A stretch of DNA of 60,705 bases, the filler included, from Sphacelaria rigidula (Eukaryota): assembly GCA_964200075.2 (NCBI GenBank). It is 8 parts of 8 records of this genome, joined end to end, with 100 filler letters (N's around TTAATTAATTAA, not from the genome) between each part and the next. Parts side by side here need not be neighbours in the genome. Positions count along the whole stretch, not along the records: positions 30,405 to 37,905 come from CAXNAA020014627.1; positions 38,006 to 45,505 come from CAXNAA020014628.1; positions 45,606 to 53,105 come from CAXNAA020014629.1; 5 more parts are not named here. One strand, 5' to 3'. Numbering within the stretch: the first letter of the stretch is position 1; every line of letters begins with the position of its first letter. The notes under the pieces were generated by a model, which saw nothing but the letters and a program-made list of their open reading frames with translations, made no database searches and had not been told where the DNA came from. Below, piece after piece: positions 36,604-47,569 of this stretch. The translations under genes were made by a program, and so were the position numbers.

Positions 36604-37045
36604 GATGGAGCACTTTCTGTCCGCTCCTGGTAAGCAGCGTACAGGGTGTTCATGCCCCACCACAGGATAATTGACACAGCCCTGCAGGTACGGGAGTACG
36701 TCGAAGACGTCGTCCGCGTCAAGTCTCGTGGGGGGAGGAGGTAGATGAGGTCAAGTCAGTGTATCACGCCGCGCTATTTTGTGTGGTGAATCGATGAGAT
36801 GGGCTTTGCGTTTTTCGTGAGGGTTGAAATTCAATCATTTTCTCGCAGCCGCTGACGCTACACATGATCTCCCGCCGTGTGCCTGCTGCACAGTAAAGAT
36901 TCCGGAAAGGCCTAAACATTGTCGGCACCACAGTAGATGCGGAAGATGACGCAGGCTAGATAGTTCAGCAATGAAAACCGTGACTCGTTCGCATCCGTCT
37001 CCCCACACGTGAACCCTATCGCTTTGCCGTCCCGCCGCATGAAAG

Positions 37046-37177
37046 CTCGGGACTGTGGCCTTTTGCGACTGTGGGATGGCCGCAGCAGGAAGGCGTTGAG
37101 AACTCGTCGTTGCAGCAGTTTTATCCGGCAGCGGTGCTGGAAACGGGATACGACATCATCTTCTTCTGGGTTGCACG
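37046..37177 (+). CDS. valS: Valyl-tRNA synthetase, exon E
   Basis: [12 protein letters not shown]...[20 protein letters not shown], with aag acceptor and gtgag donor. Confidence 0.95.
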
Positions 37178-37905
37178 GTGAGCAGCAGGGGGAGGGGAGT
37201 GCAGTGCACCAAAAATGAAAAAACATGATGATGAAAGAAAACAACGAGATGCAGGAACCTGAAAAGCAGTACGAATACACGCACCCCTGTCGTCCGTGTG
37301 TTTAGCCGCCATCGTCTGCCCAAGAAACGAATTCGGTCGCCCCCCCCCCCCTGACATTCACGCCAATTCCCTGCCGTACGTTTTCGGAAGGCATCCTCAC
37401 AGCAAAGTCACACAAATTTATAATGGTAGGGGGTGTGTCAACATCGGCCGAGGTATAGCACCGCACTTCCATTGGCCGATTGCTGAGTCTTGACCTCACT
37501 CGATTCCCTGCTAGCGATAAGGGTCAAAGGGAAGCGAAGTAGGGTCCAAATAATTGTTACCCAGGAGAAGTCTTGTATGAATTCAAAGTCCGGTCGCATG
37601 CCCCCCTCCCTTCCGAGGGAACCTGGGGAAATGTACGTCAACAATGGTTGGTACTATGAAGATGCCGCCAACCCCAACGCTAACCCTGACCCCAACCCCG
37701 ACCAAATCATACGGAGAACCCTCGGGCATGGGGGGGTGCAGAGTGTTCCTTGGGCGAAGTGTGCGTTGCCAGAGCTCAAATCGACGCCTTGGAGCCGATT
37801 TTGGACCAAAACACGTTCTGGGCAAGTGCTCACCACTGCTCACCTGCCCCAGACCATGAAATTTCTCAGATCTTTTTTCACTATGAAATAAAAAAAATCT
37901 AGACC

Positions 37906-38005
37906 NNNNNNNNNNNNNNNNNNNNNNNNNNNNNNNNNNNNNNNNNNNNTTAATTAATTAANNNNNNNNNNNNNNNNNNNNNNNNNNNNNNNNNNNNNNN
38001 NNNNN
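37906..38005. other. Artificial contig linker
   Basis: N44-TTAATTAATTAA-N44. Confidence 0.99.
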
Positions 38006-38487
38006 CCTCGCCCGTGTCCTTTGTGTGTCCCCGCTCGGCGAAAAATAGGGCAATGTTCCCGTCACCGCTACTACTGTTCTCTGTCACACACATGCCAGCA
38101 AGGGCGGTGGTGCGGCGAAAACAACAGGTATATTATCCAATTTGAACGTGGGGGTTTTATTCATCGTTGATTTTACCCGACATGTATGTGAGCGACCCTC
38201 TGGGTGCCCAACGACAAGAAGAGCGTGCGAGACGCCAGTTGGGAGGGGGGTGTATGAGACATCAAACACTTGTGGAGACCTTGTTGATATACGGAGTGAA
38301 AAAAAGATGCCTATGGTCAAGATCTAACCGTTGCGAGCGTGGTGCAGAGGGGTGCGTCCATGCTGCAATCTGGAGCACGCGCTGGCTGCGTGAACACCTT
38401 GGTACAGCAGCTTTCAAGAATTGATTCCGGTGTGACGAGGTCACGCATTACCACCTGGGGCGAGATATGAACCCACGAAGAACAAGG

Positions 38488-38520
38488 GAGTGATGCTACG
38501 GTAGGGTTGCACTTTTTCAC
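38488..38520 (+). mobile_element. Sola2-type TIR (partner end not found)
   Basis: GAGTGATGCTACGGTAGGGTTGCACTTTTT matches the ends at 11476 and 14919. Confidence 0.65.
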
Positions 38521-39659
38521 GGTTAGGACAAATGCAATCGGGACTCAACTCATGTTCATCATTTCGACGAATAAATTGTACGTGTCATACATCATTCGTA
38601 ATTCATACAGGTTTTGAGCTCTTGTGTCGTGCAGTACACCGTCAACGGCACCTGTTTCCTACCCTTGAGGTCATAGGGGGTCATGAACACATGTTGACCC
38701 CCAGTAGAAAAATGCGGAATGGATCGGTTGTTCATGCCACCTGCACTTACTATGAGGCGTGAATGGCATCTACATTTATGTCATGCGTATGTCTCCGTGC
38801 GGGACGAAGAGTCGGCACATCGTTGAATCCTGTCATGACATGGGCTTTGCATCGGTCGTACTTTTCTCCCAATATGTATGCGGTTGAGATGACTGTACTG
38901 TTTCAAACAGAATGTCATAGTGTTGGGGTTCTCGGCATTAGGCGTCGCAACTGGCTTACAGATAGGCGATATGTCTCGTGGTCTCGAGCAAGAATCCAGT
39001 TGAGGTCATTTCATGCACATGCAAATATGTGATGACTAATATACCATGTTGATTATGCCGGAACATGCCTCAAGTACACGTCGGTTTGTGCACTGGATTC
39101 ATTAATTTACTATCATGACGGCCTTCATCGCATACGGACGTACCGAGTATGGTTCAGGGATCCGTACTGTATTGTCTCACCGTGTTCAGCGACCAACCCG
39201 CACAAGCATAGCAAGAGGAAATACGTCCAGCGCAGTACAGTGATCGCAGCTCCAGAAGCGATTCAGTTTCTCTTTCGTGGTGGTGGTTTTGATAGCCCCA
39301 TCAATCGATTCACATAAGCTCTTCGCTCGTTGTTTGCTCATCGTCAAGAGAGTAAAATCAAGGGTCGCAGAGCGTAATGAAACCACTGCGCGCACGGAGG
39401 CGTGTCTGTAACCGTTACAACGGACACCACTCCCTCTCCTCCAGTTGGAATACCCGTAGGTCACATCAGCTAGCCCTCCGAGCCCATCAGTCGAATAGCT
39501 GGGCTCATCCTCGTACTACCCTCCCACCGTTACGCCGCGATCCATAACATCCCCCCTCAGGCCTAGGGTTGAAAACCCCGGGGACTGAACGTGGTTAACG
39601 TTGGATCGCCGCGTCACCATGTTCCTCTTCCCCGAGTAATCGGCGTTGCTTCGTATTGC

Positions 39660-40460
39660 CGTCGATCTTGGTAACCATTCTGCCGGGTTAGACCACGTAG
39701 GGAATTTGAACACCGTTCAAAACAATCTCGAACAGTTTCGGCAATTCCTGCCCTTGCAGATCTCTCTGCCGGGTTAGGCCACGTAGGAAATTTAAGCACC
39801 GTACAGAAACGATCCCATCCAGTTCGGAGAAGTACTTGATCTTGTTGACCGCTCTGCCGGCTTAAACCTCGTAGGGACTTAAATACCGTACAGAAACGAT
39901 CCCATCCAGTCTGGAGAAGTCCTTGATCTTGTTGACCGCTCTGCTGGGTTAGACCGCGTAGGGAATTTGAACACCGTAGAGTCATCCTCCGATAGGCGGG
40001 GTGGTGTTTTGGGCCACTTTTTGCATGAAATTCCAGGGCAAATCGTCGTTGAAATCAGCAACGGTTGCTCGAACGAGCTTGTTATAAATAAATAACGCCC
40101 AATGATAACGGTTGATACCGTTTTGAACCAAACACAAGCGCACCGCGAGTGTGGCAGGTCGTCTGGCACACTTATCAGCCTACTTTTTCGTGCAATCAAA
40201 TACCCCCCCCCCCTATCGTAGGATGACTCCGTACAGAAACGATCCCATCCAGCCCGGAGAAGTCCTTGATCTTGTTGACCGCTCTGCCGGGTTAGACCAC
40301 GTAGGGAATTCAAACACCGTACAGAAACGATTCCATCCAGTCCGGAGAAGTCCTTCATCTTGTTGACCGCTCTGCCGGGTTAGACCACGTAGGGAATTCG
40401 AACACCGTACAGAAACGATCCCATCCCGTCCGGAGAAGCTCTTGTTCCTGCTGATCGCTC
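39660..40460. repeat. 88-bp tandem array in the gypsy 3' non-coding region
   Basis: Unit accgtacagaaacgatcccatccag...gggttagaccacgtagggaattcaaac starts at 39798, 39885, 39973, 40316 and 40404, with degenerate flanking units. Confidence 0.95.
39979..40229 (+). mobile_element. Sola2-type MITE, 251 bp, complete
   Basis: TIRs GAGTCATCCTCCGATAGG / CCTATCGTAGGATGACTC. The 4-bp TSD CGTA (39975-39978, 40230-40233) is confirmed against uninterrupted array units. Confidence 0.92.
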
Positions 40461-43400
40461 TGGGCTGCCCGTAAACCGTTTGCGGATTTTGGTACATCGG
40501 GGAATCTACCGCGCAATTAAGCCCCTTTCTGCTCGAGATGGTGTATCAGATGGACGTGGCCTGGTCTGCGGTTGATATAATTCCCACAAGGCATGAAACA
40601 CATCAAACTGTAACTCAGTGAAACTGTCCAAATCCTCTCCTCTGAAGGCCAGTGTGGCTCAGCTCCGTCGTGAAACAACCGTTGATGTTCTCACACTCAC
40701 GACGATCCTGGGCCCAGCACTGCTTTTCAATCCGTCAGAGTATGTAGTGGAGGTGTGGACGTGATGTCCTCAGCCAACCCTAAATCTGCCCCCCCAAGCT
40801 GGCTAACAGACCTCGCCTGGAAATGAGTGCTGCAGCTGTTCTGGGTGCACATGAAGAAATAATTATCCAGTTTCACCTTCACCCACATGGCCTACATGAT
40901 TTACTACTTCCGAAGTGGACTCCCCCCTAGCGTCACTTCAAAGGGAATAGGGCGTTTCGAGCGTCAAGAACAGTCTCAGCAGACCCTTAACTACGTGCTC
41001 AATTACCTTGGCTGCTAGTGAAAGAGCAAAGAGAACTTAGTTGCTCGATCCATAATAACCAACAAGTACTTATCACCAGAAGTAGGAATCTGCTTCATGT
41101 CCGATATGTCCATCTACATCATCTCCCAGAACTGCAAGAGGCGGGCGGGTCGCACCGTTATGGTGTGACTATTAATACGTTTGCGTCGGCGACATCCACA
41201 AGACAGCACGTATTTGCGAGTATCGGCGAAAAGACCGGGTCACTCATAGCGTGTGTTGACCACTACAGTCGTTTTTATCACTTCGGCGTGCCCATGCGTA
41301 GTGTGCACCAACGCGGGCAGGCCAGGCACTAGACTGCGTGGAATAGCCAACTTACCTGGTGCCCAATTTACCTGGCACCCTAGGTGAGGTATACCATAGA
41401 AGATCATCATTTTGGAACATACGCTTCCCGCTTCTTACCTGTACCTTCGTCCTTTTCCTTCAACATCACCCTGTCCCTGATGGGCTCAAGCCGGAAGTCC
41501 CGCTCTTGCAGCAAAACTAGTCAAGACTTGTTCATCAGAATTGCTCTCGTCTGCTCGAGAAGGGTCTGAGGGCTACCTTTACCTAGTATCCGTGGCTCCT
41601 CGGGTGGAGCCTCCCCCCCACCAAGGTCTTGGTCTGACTTCCGCTCAGCCTCTTGAGTCGACGAACGAGTTACAGCGGCTCCCGAAGCCTGTGGTAACTC
41701 TGCTTCGTCTCACATCGTAGCGAGCGTGCTCAAATCCTCATCCTCACCCTGGATATGAGTCAGGCTGAACAAAACTTCCGCTTCCACTTCATAGAACCGC
41801 CTTCATCCTCCACGGGTGAACAAAATTAGCCACAATCTATGGTATGGCGTCGTCATTTACCGGGGTGATGTCTCGGAGCAGTCGAGAGTAGTCGCAACTT
41901 TCACTAAATTGTCTCTTTCCAGCTCGACTGCTTCTTTCTATCCACGTGCGTCCTCCCCATGGAGTCTGGATTCCTGCGCCTTAGTTTTCCTTTCGTCAGC
42001 TGAGAACCAGATAATCTGGGCATCGAATTCTCGGAAGTGTGAATCGCCTCGCCCTGTCCTGTTGGCACCCGAGAAACAAATATATGTCCACCCCAATCGC
42101 TAACCCAACGTGGAGCAGGCAACGGTGTACGTTTCCACTCGCTACTTCCACGCTCGCAGTTGTCCTTCCCTCCGACGATCAGCTTTCAAGGCGACCAGAT
42201 GGGTTCGTGTCTTCCGATACGGTGCGCCCACCTGCACGGCTAAGACTGAGGCCTGCTCAGTGAGATCCCCAGCTCCGCTCAACACGAAGCAACGAGCTCG
42301 TTCTCGCCAGGAGAGCGCACCATCACAGCAGTACTCTCTAAGATCAGCTTTGTCACAGAGGTTGATGAGAGGAATGACTCGACCAACTTTTTGACGACGC
42401 TGGCTGATGCTGACTGCCGCTCGGCCCATTCGATCGACTTGTATCCCCCACCAATTCTTGTGGTTGCACTTCTCCCACAAGGTTGTGGAAGGAACCGCGC
42501 CCCGGACTCGTACATACCAGCCTGACTCCCTTTCCAATCTGGTTTACTCCAACGCAATGCAACAGCTTCCAGTTCGCATCAGCGTATCACTTTCACAAAC
42601 TCTTTGGCTACCAAAATACTTCCTCCACCTCCAACTGGAAAATCCCATTCGCTAAATCAACACTCGTAGAGTAGTTGGATTCTGGTAGCCCACTAGACAT
42701 GGTCTGTATATCCCTCAAACTGCCGCTGTATGACTCCAGAAGTTGGTTCAGTCCACGATAATCTTGACATAGTCCTAAACGACCGTCCGTCTTCTTTCGA
42801 ATCGTGACGCAGGCGGCTGCCCATGCTAGCGTCGATAACGTAGCCCGGGACTAGCTTGTTAGCGGAACCTCCTGAGCTCACGTCCTCCGTTGGATGCAGC
42901 AGCCACTGCAGCGTAGCATCGTCCTCCCACGCCACTCCAAGGCTTTTTTCACACTTCATTCGATGCTGCCAATTTGCTCCGACCAGATAACCTCCCCGTC
43001 GTGTCGTCACCGAGCGCGCTTGGCTTGACAGCACGGAAGAGGTCCAAAATTGCCGAATCTCCTTGGTTGGTGAGGTGGCTGGTGTCAACAGCTCCGATCC
43101 ATGGACCACCCGGACCCATACCTTTATTAACTTATCCTCTATGTGGAAACGAATAAGAATTACCGCTGGTCCTGGAATCTTCATCGGAGGTATCTTACCG
43201 TTACTAGGGTTAGCGGACCTCAAAATCCCTGTTCCCTACCGTTGCAACTTATTTGCTATATTACCCCACGTTACCAACAACCTTCACCACTGTTTCGATG
43301 CATAGCTCCCCCCCCCTGCCCCGGTGCCCAGTAACATCGTTACTGGTGAGCGGTGGCTACTCTTAATGTGGTGCAAAACTTCAGCTCGTACCCACAGCTG

Positions 43401-44353
43401 CTGTGCATCGTTCCTACTCGCTTCGGCTAAAATGGCGTTCGAAGCAGGGGTAGCCCCGGACGGGTGAAATGATCCACAAAATGAATTTACATGTGTACCC
43501 ACCGGGTTAGGGGGAACCTAGTCCCTAGATCGATGCTACAGAGGCGGCGGCAGCGGCGGTAGCAGCTGAGCATGGAATATGTACACTGCTGGTTGCGCCT
43601 GGCCTGGGATGAACAATGTCAACGGAGACCCAGATACTGGAAGAATCCGCTGAAAAAAATCTGAGGAAAGATCGGTTGTGCAAACCGTTGGTCAGGAGCA
43701 CTAAACAAACTCATCTGCGACGCTTCAGCGGTGTTTTGCAAAGGCGCAAAAACATGGCTGTTATTGTCGTGGCGCAGAAAAACTGCTGCAGTTGCGGACG
43801 CACAAAAGACTGACGCTGCTGAGGAGGTGAGGCAGCCTACTGCTGAGTGAGAGGGTGCGTCAACCTGCTGCTGCATGGAAAGGTGCTTGCACGGGAGGCT
43901 GTTGGACGGATCCCGCCGGGTAGAAGGGCTGGGCTCGATGGTTCAAGGGGTTTCCACTCATTTCTCACCGATTTGAGGTTAGCTATGTGATAATCGACAC
44001 GTTAAACCTGTACGCACGTGCCACATAGATGTAAAAGCACCGATTGAAAGAGTTATGGATAGTTCATTGCAGTGTATTACAATCTCTATGGTTCAAGAGT
44101 CACTAGAGCGGTGTCTGGCAGAAGAATTCTCAGTCATCAACGGCGTGAGAAACGATGGAACCCGTAACACGGATAGCAGCGCTTCACTACCAGTATAGTG
44201 ATAGCGAACAAAACAAATAAAGGGGAAGGAGAACGAAGGGAACAGCAATATAACGGGACAAAACAGGTTCACGCGTGTGCATTTGGGCAGGGTATCACGT
44301 GTCGGGGACAGCCATGTATAAATTCACGGACTCCCAAGGGAATTCTGGCTCCA

Positions 44354-44463
44354 TGTCAACCTGTTCGAACACACATGGGAATTCCTCGATGCCTGTCAAC
44401 CTGTTCGAACGCGCATGGAAAAATCCTTGCCCCCTTGTCAACCTGTTGGAAAACACATGGGAA
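44354..44463 (+). repeat. ~40-bp tandem repeat x3
   Basis: tgtcaacctgtt(c/g)gaa..catgg occurs three times. Confidence 0.85.
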
Positions 44464-45384
44464 ACAGAGCTGTTCGTCCTATCTTTCTGTTGTAGCTGTC
44501 ATAACCTCCTCGGAGCCAGAGATTACTGTTGGTTGACCGTTTTCCGACTGCTCCGCGTGTCATTTTCCAACGAGCCAGATTTCGCGCAGAGATGCACGCC
44601 CCCGATCGAATCACTTGCTCCCGGACACCTTCTAACCCTCTGCGCAGCATCTTTCAAAACCGGTGAGTGTTATATTTCGGACAAATGAAGACAACAGTCC
44701 AACAATGTTACTCTTTTGATTGACGGATGAAGATCGCGTCGTGTTGCACAACACGGGTTGTATAGCGGATCATGCTGTGCCCGTTGCCTGCGGAGTGATC
44801 CCTTCGACTAAACCACGTGCACTCATCTGCGCGGTATTGATTAGTGTTGGCTCGCCGATGTTGGCACAACGAGAACGAAATACAAGAGGTAGTGAGACTG
44901 CGGGCTGCGGGAGGGTCTTTGATACACCGACCAGTCACCACTTCATCGATAAGTCATGTGTGCAGTTTAGCAGAGATGGCGCACCGGGTACCATCGGCGT
45001 GGTCGGTCGAGATCCGTGAACTTTTTGAAATCAGCGGCTGCATACTCGTTGGATCAACGAGTAACGTCCACAGTACGGTCCCGCATCTCCCACGATGTCC
45101 TGTATATTTTTACCGCAGGCGACGCAAGCGCGAGATGTAATGGATTCCACACCGGGTAGGCACGGCCTCAGCGATCGCCTGTGCGGACCGCTCATGGGCA
45201 TCATGCACTCTACAGGTGATGATGGCGCATGTCACTACACAGTTCTGTCGTGTTCTGCAGTATGTCGAAGGGGTTTGATCTGCGTAGAGGATTGTGTCGT
45301 GTGCTGTGGTGCTTTTTGTGTCCGCTCGTGCACAAATGAAAGAAATCACCGCGTGCTCAATCGGAGCCAGCACATCCGACGCGG

Positions 45385-45500
45385 AAATACAGTCGGTAGT
45401 ACAGCAGTATAATGATGTCGCACTCTCTCACATCTCTCGCTACTCGTCGCGTGGTCGAGTCTGCGTGACTTTCCACTGCCAGCTCGAGCATGAAGGACAA
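45385..45500 (+). repeat. Dispersed repeat shared with 48215-48330
   Basis: atgatgtcgcactctc...ctactcgtcgc..ggtcgagtctgc...ccactgccagctcga is present in both contigs. Confidence 0.8.
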
Positions 45501-45505
45501 TTTAT

Positions 45506-45605
45506 NNNNNNNNNNNNNNNNNNNNNNNNNNNNNNNNNNNNNNNNNNNNTTAATTAATTAANNNNNNNNNNNNNNNNNNNNNNNNNNNNNNNNNNNNNNN
45601 NNNNN
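45506..45605. other. Artificial contig linker
   Basis: N44-TTAATTAATTAA-N44. Confidence 0.99.
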
Positions 45606-45903
45606 CAGTCGGAGGACGATTGGTTGGCGGGGGCGCTAAACATTCACAAGGGGGCGATATTCTGGGGAGAATCGGCGTCATCACCAGGCGAGATATGCAC
45701 GACGGTGCCCCGACTCGTGGAGGGACGCTTCCGCAGGATGGTCCTCCGCAGGGTGGTACACTGCCGGAGCAACTCGTGACACACCCACGGGACGGATTCG
45801 GCGAACACACGGTGACACGGCTCGCAGAATCATCGCTAACCCATTATCATCGACACGCACTTCATGGTGACGTGTGTACGCATGGCAACCCGCAACTACA
45901 GGA

Positions 45904-45999
45904 AACAACAACAACTACAACAACAACAACATTATCATCATCATTAACAACAACAGCTACGACTACTACTAGTACTACTACTACTACTACTACTACTAC

Positions 46000-46030
<31 letters not shown>
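45904..46030 (+). repeat. Compound trinucleotide microsatellite (ACA/TCA/ACT/GCT)
   Basis: Directly visible. Confidence 0.9.
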
Positions 46031-46159
46031 ACAAGGTTCGAGTCGGAGTGCTGGGCTGGAAACAATTTCCCGTTTCGGTTGCGTCAGTTATTCCGATCTG
46101 CAGGATTCAGCGTATGGTGTCGGTAATAGTTTGGAGGTACAACCTGGAGCGGTGGCAGA

Positions 46160-47091
46160 CTGACAACAAGGTGCTGGAAAGAATCAAACATAAACTAATG
46201 GGACGTTTTTTTATGACGGGCATGGGAGATGTATCGTTAGTGCTGGGAATGAAGGCTGTTCGTGACCGTAATAGCACGATAGTCAACACCAGCCACACAA
46301 ATTACAAGAAGTCTCTTCAGGAACGATACAAGATAGCGAACAACCCGGCGTGCACTCCTGGGGCGGGACAAGCACTGTCACTGGACCAGCCGAGAGATAA
46401 AATATTCAACGAGGAGGACAAACAGCGCTTCCAGCCCATCACAGGCAGTGTGATGTATCTCGTTCGGGTGACCCGCTACGACATTGGATACGGCGTGAAT
46501 CAACTGGCACGGGCGATGTCCAAACCGTCGAAGGCGCATGTGACAGCTGCAAAACACTTACTTCGATATTTGGCTGGCATTACGGACCATGACATCACCT
46601 ACAACCAGGGTGGTTTCCAATTAACGGCTTTTTCAGAGGCTAACTGGGGCAACAACCCCGACAACGGGAAATCAACATCATCATATCTTCTCTTTCGCTC
46701 GAATGGCTACGTCAGTTTTAAAGTAGGACTACAAGGGTTACGGGCGCATTCGACGATGGAAGCAGAACTCGTGGTCGCTGCACTCACTATGAAGGAAGGC
46801 ACATTTTGCTCGAATATGATGCGGGAGAAGGGATTTGGCACACGTTTCGACTCCGTTCCGGTCTACATCGACAACACTTCAACTCTTCACGTCGCAGGCA
46901 ACCGAACTTACAGCTCGAGTGTCAAGCACGTAGCTCTACGGTACTTTTTCATTCAGGAATTAGTCAAGGAGAGAAGGATCGGCATTCGTTACGTCAAGAC
47001 CGAAGACCAACTCGCAGACATAGGGACCAAGTACCTCAGCAAACACAGGCACCGCCATCTAGTCAAGCTGATCAGCACATTCAAAATATGA
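46160..47091 (+). pseudogene. Ty1/copia pol C-terminus (RT C-terminal part plus RNase H), 5'-truncated
   Basis: FFMTGMGDVSLVLG, GSVMYL..TRYDI.Y.VNQLAR, AKHLLRYLAG, AFSEANWG..DNGKSTS, STMEAE, YIDN, KHVALRYFFIQE, DQLADIGTK. The YVDD motif is absent and the first RNase H Asp is Glu. Confidence 0.93.
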
Positions 47092-47234
47092 GTACAGCCT
47101 GGTTGTAGCTTTGAGTTCTTATTTCGTCCTTGAGTGCCGAGACGGTTGTACTGATGTGGGTGTTTGAAACTAGTACGTATTTGCATTAAAGGGGAGTGTG
47201 GAGGGTTAAGAGTTATACTTGCGTTGAGGGGGAG

Positions 47235-47569
47235 TGTTAAAAAAATGAGGCTGTGGAGCCATGCTCTTCAACGCTTCGTGTGGTGTTGACTTTATATATA
47301 TGTAGTGTTGGGATCGCAGGTACCGGTCACGAAGGTTTGGTCTGATGTGGGGGCGTATAATGTGGGATAGCAGCTGTGATACATGAAACACTCTCCTCGG
47401 TTGACCGTTCCACACAGTGGGTTGTTTGGACTGTTTTGCCCGCAAGAGGCACCTTGAACATCATCTTCTGCCTACACTCCAAAGCAGCTTGTCTGCTTGC
47501 TTGGCTTAAGTGCCATTGCGCCAACTCTAGCGATCACGTCAAAAAGGTCATCGCGACACTTTTCTAACA
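47235..47569 (+). mobile_element. Copia 3' LTR, 335 bp
   Basis: PPT GAGGGGGAG at 47226-47234. Termini TGTTAAAA...TTTTCTAACA. Confidence 0.8.

Larger units (their letters stand above)
39173..43500 (-). mobile_element. Decayed Ty3/gypsy LTR retrotransposon with internal RT deletion
   Basis: Domain order on the minus strand: protease (MLLGTGAGG, ~43330); RT N-terminus (LCQDYRGLN...SVDLANGIFQLEVEE, 42780-42620); RNase H (ELEAVALRW, ~42560); integrase (HTTHGH...YVLS, KYLLVIMDRATKF, ~41320-41030). A PPT at 39550-39558 precedes a TGTTATGG-initiated 3' LTR at ~39173-39549. Confidence 0.85.

Noticed and set aside
39660-40460. 88-bp array as CRISPR or hammerhead retrozyme
   Set aside because: No unique spacers, no cas genes, and no CTGANGA...GAAA core on either strand.
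44354-44463. Three ~27-bp repeats with variable gaps as a mini-CRISPR
   Set aside because: The gaps are only ~13-15 bp and resemble each other, so this is an ordinary tandem repeat.
45620-46126. 168-aa ORF with poly-Thr/poly-Ala
   Set aside because: It is a translation of a compound microsatellite.
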